64,000 bases of DNA from positions 224,001 to 288,000 of the forward strand of contig OY820591.1 of assembly GCA_963555985.3 (NCBI GenBank), read 5' to 3'. Positions 21,480-30,147 of the stretch are shown in pieces. The translations under genes were made by a program, and so were the position numbers. The notes under the pieces were generated by a model. It did no database searches and had not been told where the DNA came from. It saw nothing but the letters and a program-made list of their open reading frames with translations. Source of the DNA: Dehalococcoidia bacterium. Its GTDB lineage: Bacteria; Chloroflexota; Dehalococcoidia; Bin125. Each line of letters starts with the position of its first letter. Position 1 is the stretch's first letter.

Positions 21480-21779
21480 ATGACGACCACCGATGGAGGG
21501 GAACTGACGATTCATTTCGGAAGTTCCCTTGGACAACGACTACAGGCGGCAGCTCAGCGCAGAGGAGTTGGTGTAGGCCAATACTGCACCGACGCCATTG
21601 AGCGCGAACTGATGAGGGACGAAACGGATACTCAAGAACCGACTGGGAAGTCCTATGACTTCGACAGCCTATTTGCTTTCTGCGACGAGCTGCTCGGCGG
21701 TCGCAGATTCAGCAAGACTGGTTTGGAATATCTGCACGATGCTCGTGAGATTCGAGCAAAGCAGATGAAGGAGTGGTAG
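21480..21779 (+). CDS. Putative antitoxin (RHH-like N-terminus) of a VapBC-type pair
   Basis: 99 aa; 'LTIHF...RLQAAAQRRGV..GQY' ribbon-helix-helix pattern; overlaps the downstream PIN gene. Confidence 0.65.
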   Translation: MTTTDGGELTIHFGSSLGQRLQAAAQRRGVGVGQYCTDAIERELMRDETDTQEPTGKSYDFDSLFAFCDELLGGRRFSKTGLEYLHDAREIRAKQMKEW

Positions 21780-22222
21780 TGGACGAGGCTGTGGTCATTG
21801 ACACCAGCTTGGCGTTCAAGTGGTTCGTTCTGGAGGAAGATTCAGATCGAGCCCGCGCGCTCGGCCGACGCTGGTCGGCGAGCGCAGTGCGAATAGCGGC
21901 TCCCCACCTCCTGTTGGCGGAGATGTCGAATGCCTTACACCGCATGGTCGTTGAAGACGATTTCTCAGTGCGGGATGCCGCATCCCTCCTCGGTCAGGTG
22001 TCCGCATTGGACTTGGAGCTATATCACTCCTTCCCGTTGTATCCGCGAGCGTTAGAACTTGCCTCGACGCTTGCCCAGGGAGCTGTCTATGACTGCGTGT
22101 TTCTTGCCTTGGCAGAATCGCTCGACTGCGAACTCTGGACCGCCGACGCTCGCTTCTATCGCGCAGCACGTGAGCGACACCCTCGTGTCCGCCTGCTCAC
22201 CGAATTCGACCCTCTAGCCTGA
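21773..22222 (+). CDS. vapC: PIN-domain (VapC-type) toxin
   Basis: VIDTS..FKW..EE, LLAEMSNAL, YDCVFLALAE and LWTAD acidic tetrad. Confidence 0.9.
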   Translation: MVVDEAVVIDTSLAFKWFVLEEDSDRARALGRRWSASAVRIAAPHLLLAEMSNALHRMVVEDDFSVRDAASLLGQVSALDLELYHSFPLYPRALELASTLAQGAVYDCVFLALAESLDCELWTADARFYRAARERHPRVRLLTEFDPLA

Positions 22223-22249
22223 GACCCCACGCACGACAGGACCAGACCC

Positions 22250-22840
22250 ATGCGAAGCCAGGAATCCCTCAACGAACTCCGCTACCTCCGACGCATCCAA
22301 GAGGAAGTCGAAGACCAGTGGCGCGCCCCGAGACCCGACCTCGACCGCCTCCACCGCACGATGGCCCTGCTCCACACCAGCCACGGCCTGGTCTGGAAGT
22401 CCCACGGCTGCTCCGGCTCCGGCGAGCACGACCCCTTCGCCAGCGAGATCGTCGACCTGGCGCTGCGAGTCGAACGCCAGAAGCAACACGGCGCCTACCG
22501 AGCCTTCAACACCTTCGAAGAGTGGCGCTGCGAAGCCTGTAGCTGGGATCACAAAGCCCTCTACACCCAATGGGCCAGCCACGCCCGCGACGGCGACGAG
22601 TTCCGCCCCCTCGATGCAATCGACGCCCACCAAGTCGTCCACCAAGTCAAGACCGAGGGAGTCGCCCAGCCCCTACCCGAGGCAGTCGAGCTGAGAGATC
22701 AAGCCGCCCAAATCCGTCTGGAGGCAAACGCGCGGATCGCGGAGCGGCTCGAACACTGGACTGCCGAAGGCCTGCTTAGCAACAACGTCGAAACCCGCTA
22801 CCGCTCCGAACTCACCGCCCCAACTCCCGTTCCCGCCTGA
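22250..22840 (+). CDS. Hypothetical protein (CxxC motif)
   Basis: 196-aa ORF with host-like C-ending codons, RBS CAGGA and RCEAC motif. Confidence 0.6.
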   Translation: MRSQESLNELRYLRRIQEEVEDQWRAPRPDLDRLHRTMALLHTSHGLVWKSHGCSGSGEHDPFASEIVDLALRVERQKQHGAYRAFNTFEEWRCEACSWDHKALYTQWASHARDGDEFRPLDAIDAHQVVHQVKTEGVAQPLPEAVELRDQAAQIRLEANARIAERLEHWTAEGLLSNNVETRYRSELTAPTPVPA

Positions 22841-22846
22841 TTCGAC

Positions 22847-23125
22847 CTAATCAGCGACCAGTTCGCACCGATCCGCGAGTTGCGACGGCATCATCGACGC
22901 AAGTACGTCCCTGAGCCGCTCGCTATCGGGAAGCCCACGTAGGTCAAGTTGGTCGTCAATGCCGATGAATTCGACGCCCAACACCTGGTGATTCTCATCG
23001 AAGTCGACGAGCCGGTCGGCCTCAAACGCCTTGGTCTTGGCGATCTTCCCCTCTCGCAGGCGCACGTAAAGAATGTCGCCAACATCGTTGATCTTGACTG
23101 ATTCGGACATGATCGACTCCATCAT
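22847..23125 (-). CDS. DUF2283-family small protein (antitoxin-like)
   Basis: GDILYVRL...LVDFDENHQVLGVEFI pattern. Start could be 23110, 23122 or 23125. Confidence 0.8.
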   Translation of the reverse strand: MMESIMSESVKINDVGDILYVRLREGKIAKTKAFEADRLVDFDENHQVLGVEFIGIDDQLDLRGLPDSERLRDVLASMMPSQLADRCELVAD

Positions 23126-23197
23126 TCACCATGCCACGCCACGATCACCGCAACAGGCGGAATCAGCGTATACAGCGCGCCCCTTATCCTGACCACC

Positions 23198-24385
23198 ATG
23201 ACCTACCTCCCACTCGACCACCTCTTCGTCCTCGACCTCACCCGCGCCCGCGCCGGACCCACCGCCACCCGACAGCTCGGCGACTGGGGCGCCGACGTGC
23301 TCAAGGTCGAACAGCCCGCCGTCCCCGGACAACCCGAAGGCGTCACCGGAGCCCGCGAGTCCTCCGACTTCCTCAACCTCCACCGCAACAAGCGCTCCCT
23401 CACGCTCAACCTCAAAGAGCCCGAGGCCGTCGAAATCTTCCTCACCCTCGTCGAGCGCGCCGATGTCGTCGTCGAGAACTACCGCGCCGACGTCAAGCGA
23501 CGCCTCGGCATCGACTACGACGCCTGCCGCGCCCGCAACGCGCGCATCGTCTACGGCAGCATCTCCGGCTTCGGCCAGGACGGACCCTATGCCTGGCGCG
23601 CCGGCGTCGACCAGATCGCACAGGGACTCGGCGGCATCATGTCCGTCAACGGACTCCCCGGCGGCGGACCCGTCCGCGTCGGCATCCCGATCGCCGACCT
23701 CACCGCCGGCAACTTCCTCGCCCAGGCCATCCTGATCGCCCTGCTCGAGCGCGAGCGCTCCGGCGAAGGCCAGTGGGTCCACACCTCCCTGCTTGAGGCC
23801 CAGATCGCCATGCTCGACCTCCAGGCCACCCGCTGGACGATCGACGGCGAAGTCCCGCCCCAGGCCGGCAACGACCATCCCACCCTCATGCCCACCGGCG
23901 TCTACGAGACCGCCGACGGACACATCAACATCGCCGCCTCCGGCGGCGTCATGTACACCCGCCTCTGCCGCGCCATCGGAGCCGAGGAACTCCTCGACCA
24001 CCCCGACTACGCCTCCTCAGTCCGCCGCTCCAAGAACCGCGCCGCCCTCAACGAAGACATCAACAAACGCACCCGCACCAACACCTCCGAGCACTGGATC
24101 CAGTGCCTCAACGAAGCCGGAGTCCCCTGCGGACCGATCTACGACATCCCCGGCACCTTCGACGACGAACAGGTCAAACACCTCAACATCGCCCGCCAAG
24201 CTCCCCACCCCGAGCGCGGCGAGATCACCGTCGTCGGACAACCAATCAACCTCGCCCGAACCCCCCAACCCGAGAAAATGCGCCTCGGAACCCCCGCCCT
24301 CGGCCAACACAACCACGAGATCCTCACCGACCTCGGCTACAGCGACGCAGCAATCGCTGACCTGCGCGAACGCGGCGTCATCTGA
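23198..24385 (+). CDS. Family III CoA-transferase (CaiB/BaiF)
   Basis: DLTRARAGP, GADVLKVE, HRNKRSL, SGFGQDGP, GIPIAD (catalytic Asp), PALGQH. Confidence 0.95.
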   Translation: MTYLPLDHLFVLDLTRARAGPTATRQLGDWGADVLKVEQPAVPGQPEGVTGARESSDFLNLHRNKRSLTLNLKEPEAVEIFLTLVERADVVVENYRADVKRRLGIDYDACRARNARIVYGSISGFGQDGPYAWRAGVDQIAQGLGGIMSVNGLPGGGPVRVGIPIADLTAGNFLAQAILIALLERERSGEGQWVHTSLLEAQIAMLDLQATRWTIDGEVPPQAGNDHPTLMPTGVYETADGHINIAASGGVMYTRLCRAIGAEELLDHPDYASSVRRSKNRAALNEDINKRTRTNTSEHWIQCLNEAGVPCGPIYDIPGTFDDEQVKHLNIARQAPHPERGEITVVGQPINLARTPQPEKMRLGTPALGQHNHEILTDLGYSDAAIADLRERGVI

Positions 24386-24402
24386 ACTCCCCTCCCCCTC
24401 TG

Positions 24403-24442
24403 GTCCCCTCTCCCTTGAGGGAGAGGGTTAGGGTGAGGGTGG
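24403..24442 (+). repeat. REP-like hairpin (family 1 relative)
   Basis: CCCCTCTCCCTTGAGGGAGAGGGTTAGGGTGAGGG. Confidence 0.7.
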
Positions 24443-24460
24443 AAACACAGGAGTAACACC

Positions 24461-25267
24461 ATGAAACACCACATCCCCCTCGAAACCGACAAGATGCTCG
24501 CCTGGTCCGAGGACGGCATCGGCTGGATGGTCTTCAACAACCCCCAAAAACTCAACGCCATGGGCGTCGCCATGAACGCCGCTATCCCCACGATCATGCA
24601 CACCTTCCGCGACGACCCCGACGTGCGCGTCGTCGTCATGAAGGGCGCCGGCGACCGCGCCTTCGTCTCCGGCGCCGACATCTCCGAGTTTGAGTCCCGC
24701 CGCTCCGACCCCGAAACCATCGCCAAATACGACCAAATCGGCGCCGCCGCCGGACGCGCCTACGGCGAACTCGACAAACCCATCATCGCCATGATCCAGG
24801 GCTACTGCATGGGCGGCGGACTGCTCACCGCCCTCCGCGCCGACCTCCGCATCGCCTCCGACGACTCCCAGTTCGGCGTCCCCGCCGCCCGCCTCGGCCT
24901 CGGCTACGGCTACGGCGGAGTCAAAACCCTCGTCGACCTCGTCGGCTTCGCCGCCGCCCAGGAAATCCTCCTCACCGGCAAACGCTTCCCCGCCGCCGAC
25001 GCCGCCCGCTGGAACCTCATCAACCGCGTCACCACCCGCGAAGACCTCGAACCCACCGTCCAAGACCTCGCCGCCGCCATCGCCCAAAACGCCCCCATGA
25101 CCATCAGAGCCATCCGCCATGCCATCCAAGAAATCCCCAAAGACCCCGACCAACGAGACATGGCCAAAGTCGAAGCCCTAGTCCAAGCCTGCTTCGCCTC
25201 AGAAGACTACAAAGAAGGCCGCCGAGCCTTCATGGAGAAACGCCGCCCCGCCTTCCGCGGTACCTGA
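24461..25267 (+). CDS. Enoyl-CoA hydratase/isomerase family
   Basis: FNNPQKLNA, AFVSGADISEF, GYCMGGG, SEDYKEGRRAFMEKR. Confidence 0.93.
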   Translation: MKHHIPLETDKMLAWSEDGIGWMVFNNPQKLNAMGVAMNAAIPTIMHTFRDDPDVRVVVMKGAGDRAFVSGADISEFESRRSDPETIAKYDQIGAAAGRAYGELDKPIIAMIQGYCMGGGLLTALRADLRIASDDSQFGVPAARLGLGYGYGGVKTLVDLVGFAAAQEILLTGKRFPAADAARWNLINRVTTREDLEPTVQDLAAAIAQNAPMTIRAIRHAIQEIPKDPDQRDMAKVEALVQACFASEDYKEGRRAFMEKRRPAFRGT

Positions 25268-25333
25268 AAGAGTGCGCCAGATGTGCTAAAGTGGCCTCAA
25301 GAGCGCACACATGCGCGATGTTTGGAGTGAAAG

Positions 25334-26092
25334 ATGGCCACCCAACGCACTCTGATGCCGCTCGATTCTCCCACGGCCAACAAGCGAATTTCGCGCAAGA
25401 GGCCGGATGGCGAAGCGACGACCGATCTCGTCGTGTCGGCGCATGTCGGCTCAAACGCCGATGTGTTCCCGGAAGTGCTCGAACTCCACGTGCCGCAAGG
25501 TTCACGAGTCGCCGACGTGACCTACGGCAAAGGCGTGTTCTGGCGCAACATCGCCACGAGTGACTACGAGCTGTTCCCTTCCGATATCTCCGATGGCGTC
25601 GATTGTCGCAATCTCCCCTATGAGGATTCGTCGTTCGATGCAGTGGTCTTCGATCCGCCTTACATGGAGGGCTTCTTTCGGAACGGCAACTCCGAGAAGG
25701 CTGGGGCGGGAACACACGGCGCGTTCCGCAACCACTACTCCAACGGAGACGAGGTCCCCGCCACTGGCAGAGGCAAGTGGCACGCCGCCGTCCTGGACCT
25801 CTATTTCGACGGCGGACGCGAGGCGCATCGCATACTCCGCGACAAGGGCGTCCTGATCGTCAAATGCCAAGATGAGGTCAGCGCAAACCGGCAGAACCTC
25901 ACGCACGTCGAGATCATCAACGAATACGAGCGCATAGGGTTCTACTGCAAGGATCTGTTCGTCGTCGTCCGCACCAATCGCCCCGGCATGAGCCGCGTGC
26001 TGAAACAGGTTCACGCACGCAAGAACCACTCCTACTTCCTCGTCTTCGTCAAGGTTCCGTCTGGTAAGACCGTGGCTCAGATGCGATCCTGA
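25334..26092 (+). CDS. Small amino (N6A/N4C) DNA methyltransferase
   Basis: SAM-binding motif [12 protein letters not shown] followed by catalytic motif IV FDPPY; LIVKCQD. Confidence 0.85.
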   Translation: MATQRTLMPLDSPTANKRISRKRPDGEATTDLVVSAHVGSNADVFPEVLELHVPQGSRVADVTYGKGVFWRNIATSDYELFPSDISDGVDCRNLPYEDSSFDAVVFDPPYMEGFFRNGNSEKAGAGTHGAFRNHYSNGDEVPATGRGKWHAAVLDLYFDGGREAHRILRDKGVLIVKCQDEVSANRQNLTHVEIINEYERIGFYCKDLFVVVRTNRPGMSRVLKQVHARKNHSYFLVFVKVPSGKTVAQMRS

Positions 26093-26676
26093 ATGAGCTC
26101 GTTCATCAGCGTGAACGGCTCTTCGGAAAACGGTGGCTGAGGTGGCCAAGTGACCGTCACCAGAGTCGCGAGCAGGTGCTGTCGCTGGTATTCGCTGTAG
26201 TTACGGTATCTACTCCTGGGAAGATCATCGTTCTTCGCAAAGACGAACCGCCATTCATCCTGAAACGCGAACACATTCACGGCCAGAATATCGAAACTGC
26301 CCACTTGCAAACAGGTAGTTGCAACAGTGCTGCCGTCGGGGAGTGTAATAGGACGTCGGTCACTGGCATCAACTTGCGCCTTGCCCGTCCAGATGTCGTC
26401 CTGGTGTCGAATGGATGCGGTCTGCAAAGACTTCGACTCGAACACGAACTCATGGCCCTTGTACCGGACGGTCCGGTCGCCGTGTTTGCTGCGGTCGTGG
26501 TCATCGGCCTTGTAGAGATCAGAGAAGTCAGGCCCGCTGAGCCAGAGCTTCTCCAGCTTCAGCTCAGCCAGATAGCCGAGGATCATCCCACGCAGGCTGG
26601 GATTGTTGTCCACCACTTCGGTGAGCTCTTCAGCCGTGATGTCCCACCGCTCAAGGATCGTGTCATGGGAGCTCAT
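26077..26676 (-). CDS. Putative PD-(D/E)xK restriction endonuclease
   Basis: GYLAE helix, then GD...FESKS core; convergent with, and overlapping, the MTase. Confidence 0.7.
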   Translation of the reverse strand: MSSHDTILERWDITAEELTEVVDNNPSLRGMILGYLAELKLEKLWLSGPDFSDLYKADDHDRSKHGDRTVRYKGHEFVFESKSLQTASIRHQDDIWTGKAQVDASDRRPITLPDGSTVATTCLQVGSFDILAVNVFAFQDEWRFVFAKNDDLPRSRYRNYSEYQRQHLLATLVTVTWPPQPPFSEEPFTLMNELIQDRI

Positions 26677-26685
26677 GCGGGAACC

Positions 26686-27786
26686 TTACTCAATCACCCG
26701 GAGGTTGGGGGTTCTTTTCGATACATATGGCGGAGGTTCAATGGGGTGGTCAACCACCAGATCGAAGCCGAATGTCATGTCATTGAGGTCTCGAACTTGG
26801 ATTGATAGTGCATTTGCGATGGCAGCCGGCGTGATGTTCATATCAGCGCAGGCATGGAGAATCTTGTCGATGACTTGAGAGCGTTCGGGAGGGAGCGAGT
26901 TTGGTTCGTCAGTGCGGTACCCCCGTCGGCTGATGTCGATGAAGAGAGCACGATATTGCCATTCGGACAAAACGTTCAGCTTGAACAGTCGGCGGGTTAG
27001 AGCAGGTAACGAAACTCCCCACCGTCGTTTGAGCCTGATGAGCGCGGGAAGCGTGGGAGCGGGTGGAGCGTACGCGATGACATCTCCTTCAGGCATCATG
27101 AACGCTGCGGCAAAGTCGTTTGCTTCTTGCTCTGCTTGCTTGCCATGCGCTTTGCTGCTGCTATGCATGGTGAGGTGACCGAGTTCGTGCGCAATGTCGA
27201 AACGGCTGCGTTCTGTCGATTTGCTGCGGTTTAGCAAGATGAATGGTTGGGAGTCGAGCCAGAATGAGTACGCGTCGACATCGGCAAGTTCACGCGGCAA
27301 AGAGAACACCCGCACACCGTGCCTTTCGGCAAGATCGATCGTGTGTCCTATAGGAGCTTGGCTGAGTCCCCATTCATGCCGCAAGGCGTCAGCTGCTAAC
27401 TCTGGTGCCGTGTCGGAGAACTGCGGTACGTTCAGCGTTGGGATCACGAAGCGCTCGTCGATCCAGCGAGAGAAATCCACGGCGGTAGCGGCGAAGCTCA
27501 AGGCTTGGTCGCGGGAGCGAGCAGACATTCTGCTGACGGCACGAAAGCTGGCCGCCTCAACGGCGGGACTGTCTAGGTCGTCCTGCGCGAAGAACGATTC
27601 AGGGAAATCGAGAGTGGCGGCGATGCGGCTGAGCGTTTCTTGGCGTGGTAGCTGCGCTCCGCGCTCGTATTGCGTGATCGTTCGCGGTGCGAGGTCTACT
27701 GCCATCGCGAGGCCGACCTTGGTCATACCTCGTCTCTGTCGGGCGAGGGTGAGTCGGCCGGGGTTGAAGGAGTCGAGGTGTCCCAT
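26686..27786 (-). CDS. XRE HTH + ImmA/IrrE (peptidase M78) protein; RmrA-like antitoxin
   Basis: N-terminal HTH (RLTLARQRRG...YERG), RFDIAHELGH zinc motif, EQEANDFAAAFMMP. Confidence 0.92.
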   Translation of the reverse strand: MGHLDSFNPGRLTLARQRRGMTKVGLAMAVDLAPRTITQYERGAQLPRQETLSRIAATLDFPESFFAQDDLDSPAVEAASFRAVSRMSARSRDQALSFAATAVDFSRWIDERFVIPTLNVPQFSDTAPELAADALRHEWGLSQAPIGHTIDLAERHGVRVFSLPRELADVDAYSFWLDSQPFILLNRSKSTERSRFDIAHELGHLTMHSSSKAHGKQAEQEANDFAAAFMMPEGDVIAYAPPAPTLPALIRLKRRWGVSLPALTRRLFKLNVLSEWQYRALFIDISRRGYRTDEPNSLPPERSQVIDKILHACADMNITPAAIANALSIQVRDLNDMTFGFDLVVDHPIEPPPYVSKRTPNLRVIE

Positions 27787-28469
27787 TCCGTCTTCCTCCT
27801 CACCGGAATGTCAATACGTGCAGGATATCCCCAATCTTGCGCCGATGGCGAAAGAGAAATCGGATCGCTGGCACGAAGGGAGTCGGTCAGAATCAGACGA
27901 TGTGTCCAGACCGAAACGTGCCCTTGAGTGTCGAAACCCGCTGGCTGCGATAGTTCTGCGCGAGCGGCATAAGTGCTCGAGTCAATCCGGATGAGCAGAA
28001 TCCAGGTTTCGCGCTTCGGCGGATCGAACGCTGGTGAGACCTGGGAAAATGTGCCTTGGCGCTGATTCTGTTCAACCGCGCGGCGTGTTCCCCTGCCCTT
28101 AGCGGCACGAGTTCGAGGATCTGCGTCCAGATAGGGATGCCCTGTCGGTCTGTCGCCATTGGCCACCATTACCGCGATTTCACGGGTGGGATGAAGCGCA
28201 AGTGCTTGATTCTTCTCGTTGACAATTCTCCATTTCCGCCGTCGGAGTAATCGACGCAACTCAGTGATCGCAGCATCGTGAACGGCGGTCCCTTGTGCGG
28301 TAGGCGGGTGGTCAGGCGTCCATTCGGATCTTGCCACTTGAGCAGCCCAGACAGCTCTGACCAGCTCCTCTATCGTGAGATCGAGTGTGGCGAGATACGC
28401 AGTCACCTCGCGCGGAGCCGTAACGATGATCGGAAGCTCAGGCTGGCGCGGTTGAAACGAGGATTTCAT
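27723..28469 (-). CDS. Partner protein of XRE-ImmA; RmrT-like putative toxin
   Basis: TPDHP..AQG, VANGD..TG, KG..T..AV..NQ and TWILL...RAELSQP...W..RLIL motifs that I recall from genes preceding XRE-M78 proteins; AGGAGG RBS; C-terminus overlaps the next gene. Confidence 0.65.
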   Translation of the reverse strand: MKSSFQPRQPELPIIVTAPREVTAYLATLDLTIEELVRAVWAAQVARSEWTPDHPPTAQGTAVHDAAITELRRLLRRRKWRIVNEKNQALALHPTREIAVMVANGDRPTGHPYLDADPRTRAAKGRGTRRAVEQNQRQGTFSQVSPAFDPPKRETWILLIRIDSSTYAARAELSQPAGFDTQGHVSVWTHRLILTDSLRASDPISLSPSAQDWGYPARIDIPVRRKTEWDTSTPSTPADSPSPDRDEV

Positions 28470-28480
28470 CGGGCCCCTCC

Positions 28481-28505
28481 TTTGACATCATCATATCACG
28501 TCAAA
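28481..28505 (-). promoter_or_regulatory. Palindromic operator overlapping an extended -10 promoter of the toxin/XRE operon
   Basis: TTTGACATCA-TCATA-TCACGTCAAA (8/10 inverted repeat). The minus strand reads TGATATGAT, then AAGGAGG and the ATG. Confidence 0.6.
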
Positions 28506-28648
28506 AATGAGGATGATTGTCTTTCACGCCGATCACGACGGACCCGGCGCGTTCGGATATTCCGCGATCGGACGCCACGAAGGAGGAGACTTCTGTGGCG
28601 TCGCCAACGTGATCGAGCGAAGCCTCCGACAACCCCCACCCCTCTACG

Positions 28649-28804
28649 AAACCATGTAGAATAAATGCGCGAGCCGCCGACCGCGCACACGCCTCCCAAC
28701 CCCTACCCACGCAAAACCAGGACTCACCCAGAATCCCCCAGACAAATCGAGCAAAATCGAGCCAGAGCTGGACTCATCTAGACAAATCTGGACAAACCCG
28801 GACC
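28649..28804 (+). repeat. Dispersed non-coding element copy A (conserved head + 10-bp-period array)
   Basis: Head AAACCATGTAGAATAAATGCGCGAGCCG. Array gactcaccca gaatccccca gacaaatcga gcaaaatcga gccagagctg gactcatcta gacaaatctg gacaaacccg. Confidence 0.75.
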
Positions 28805-28877
28805 ACCTGAAGGCCAATTCCCATCCCACAACGCGCCGAGGAGCGCCGGACTACCCTGAACCGACAGGAGGCCCGCG

Positions 28878-29441
28878 ATGGAGTACCTCTTCCACGAGCG
28901 CAAGGCGGGCCAGGCCGCAGCCTATCTGCTGCGCAAGCTGGGCGGCGAATCCTCGCCGATCGTGCTCAACCAACTGCTCTATCTCGCCGACCGCCGGGCG
29001 ATGTGCAGCGACGGCTTCCCCATCACCGGCGACCGCCTGATGGCCTCACCACTGGGCATGATTCTGGGCCGCGTCTACGAGCTCAACCTGCCCAAGCAGT
29101 GGCCGCCCGCCGAGGCCTGGCGCGAGTACGTGACCGCGCCGGACGAGTGCGGCCTGATCCGCCCCGCCGGCGCCACCGACACGCTCGACCTCTCCGAGTG
29201 GGAGGAACTGATCCTCGACGCGATCTGCGACGAATTCGGAGCGTTGCCCGGCTACGACCTCGCCGCCCGCCTCCAAGAGCTGCCGGAGTATCACGTACCC
29301 GAAGGCCGGCCCGAACTAGTCGATCCCAAAGTCGTCCTGCGCAGCGCCGAGTTCACGGACGAGGGCATCGAGGGGGTCATTGATCAGCTCGGCGCGGATT
29401 GGTCGATGCACATGTCGGCGGGCGAAGTCTTCGCCGAGTAA
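28878..29441 (+). CDS. Panacea/SocA (DUF4065) antitoxin
   Basis: KA.QAAAYLL...LNQLLYLADR...GFPITGD...LG and LSEWE..ILD..CDEFG...LPEY; CAGGAGG RBS. Confidence 0.85.
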   Translation: MEYLFHERKAGQAAAYLLRKLGGESSPIVLNQLLYLADRRAMCSDGFPITGDRLMASPLGMILGRVYELNLPKQWPPAEAWREYVTAPDECGLIRPAGATDTLDLSEWEELILDAICDEFGALPGYDLAARLQELPEYHVPEGRPELVDPKVVLRSAEFTDEGIEGVIDQLGADWSMHMSAGEVFAE

Positions 29442-29447
29442 CGCACG

Positions 29448-29831
29448 ATGACGACGCCTGGAGACGCCGCTCAGGACACCGATAGCGGCAACCATTTCTG
29501 GTTCGTTTTGAGCGCTCCGTCGCCGGCGGGCACGATCGCCATCGCGAGTTTCATGACGCATCGGCCGCGCATCGGAGGACACGATGCCTCGTGTCTCATC
29601 GTCGAGGTGGGCGAGCACCCGTTCGTTCGGCGCCAGACCTGCGTGGCCTACCGGCACGCCCGCATGATTCCGGAAACTCAGTTTGAGACCGATCTGCGCA
29701 GCGGCGAGCGCACTCGCTGGGACCCGCTCAGCCCGGAGCTGTTACGACGAATTCAGGAGGGCGCGCTGACCACGCCGCAGAAGATTCCCAAGCGAGTCGT
29801 GGCGGCCATCGTTGCGACACTGGATCGCTGA
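29448..29831 (+). CDS. Putative PanT toxin, PemK/MazF-like fold
   Basis: HFWFVLS..P...IASFMT...DASC....GEHPFVRRQTCVAY...ELLRRIQEG; 6 bp after the antitoxin. Confidence 0.65.
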   Translation: MTTPGDAAQDTDSGNHFWFVLSAPSPAGTIAIASFMTHRPRIGGHDASCLIVEVGEHPFVRRQTCVAYRHARMIPETQFETDLRSGERTRWDPLSPELLRRIQEGALTTPQKIPKRVVAAIVATLDR

Positions 29832-29857
29832 TCTGGATCCGCCAACCTCTCTCCCCA

Positions 29858-30040
29858 AAACCGTGTAGAATAAATGCGCGAGCCGACACCCAACCGCACA
29901 CGACTCCGCCAACCCCGAACGACAACGCGCACATCCGAAACTCCCCTGAACACCGCCAGCCCAAAATCGATCGCAATCGAACCAGCTGAAACAAAATGAA
30001 ACAGAATGAAACAGAGTGAAACAAAATGAAACGCAAACCC
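29858..30040 (+). repeat. Dispersed non-coding element copy B
   Basis: Head AAACCGTGTAGAATAAATGCGCGAGCCG (27/28 identical to copy A). Array ccaaaatcga tcgcaatcga accagctgaa acaaaatgaa acagaatgaa acagagtgaa acaaaatgaa. Confidence 0.8.
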
Positions 30041-30147
30041 GCACAATTCCTAGCCCACAACGCTAAATCAGCCCTCCGCCACCCCAAATTCTCCTCCCGC
30101 CCCGCCTCCCCTATCCTGTCACCCAAGACCACGAAGCGAGGTGACAT

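Noticed and set aside
28510-28620. tRNA gene at the island border
   Set aside because: Hairpins are present, but there is no cloverleaf, T-loop GTTCRA or CCA end.
25334-30040. Prophage or integrative element
   Set aside because: No integrase, tRNA target, or structural or replication genes were seen; it is treated as a defence islet.
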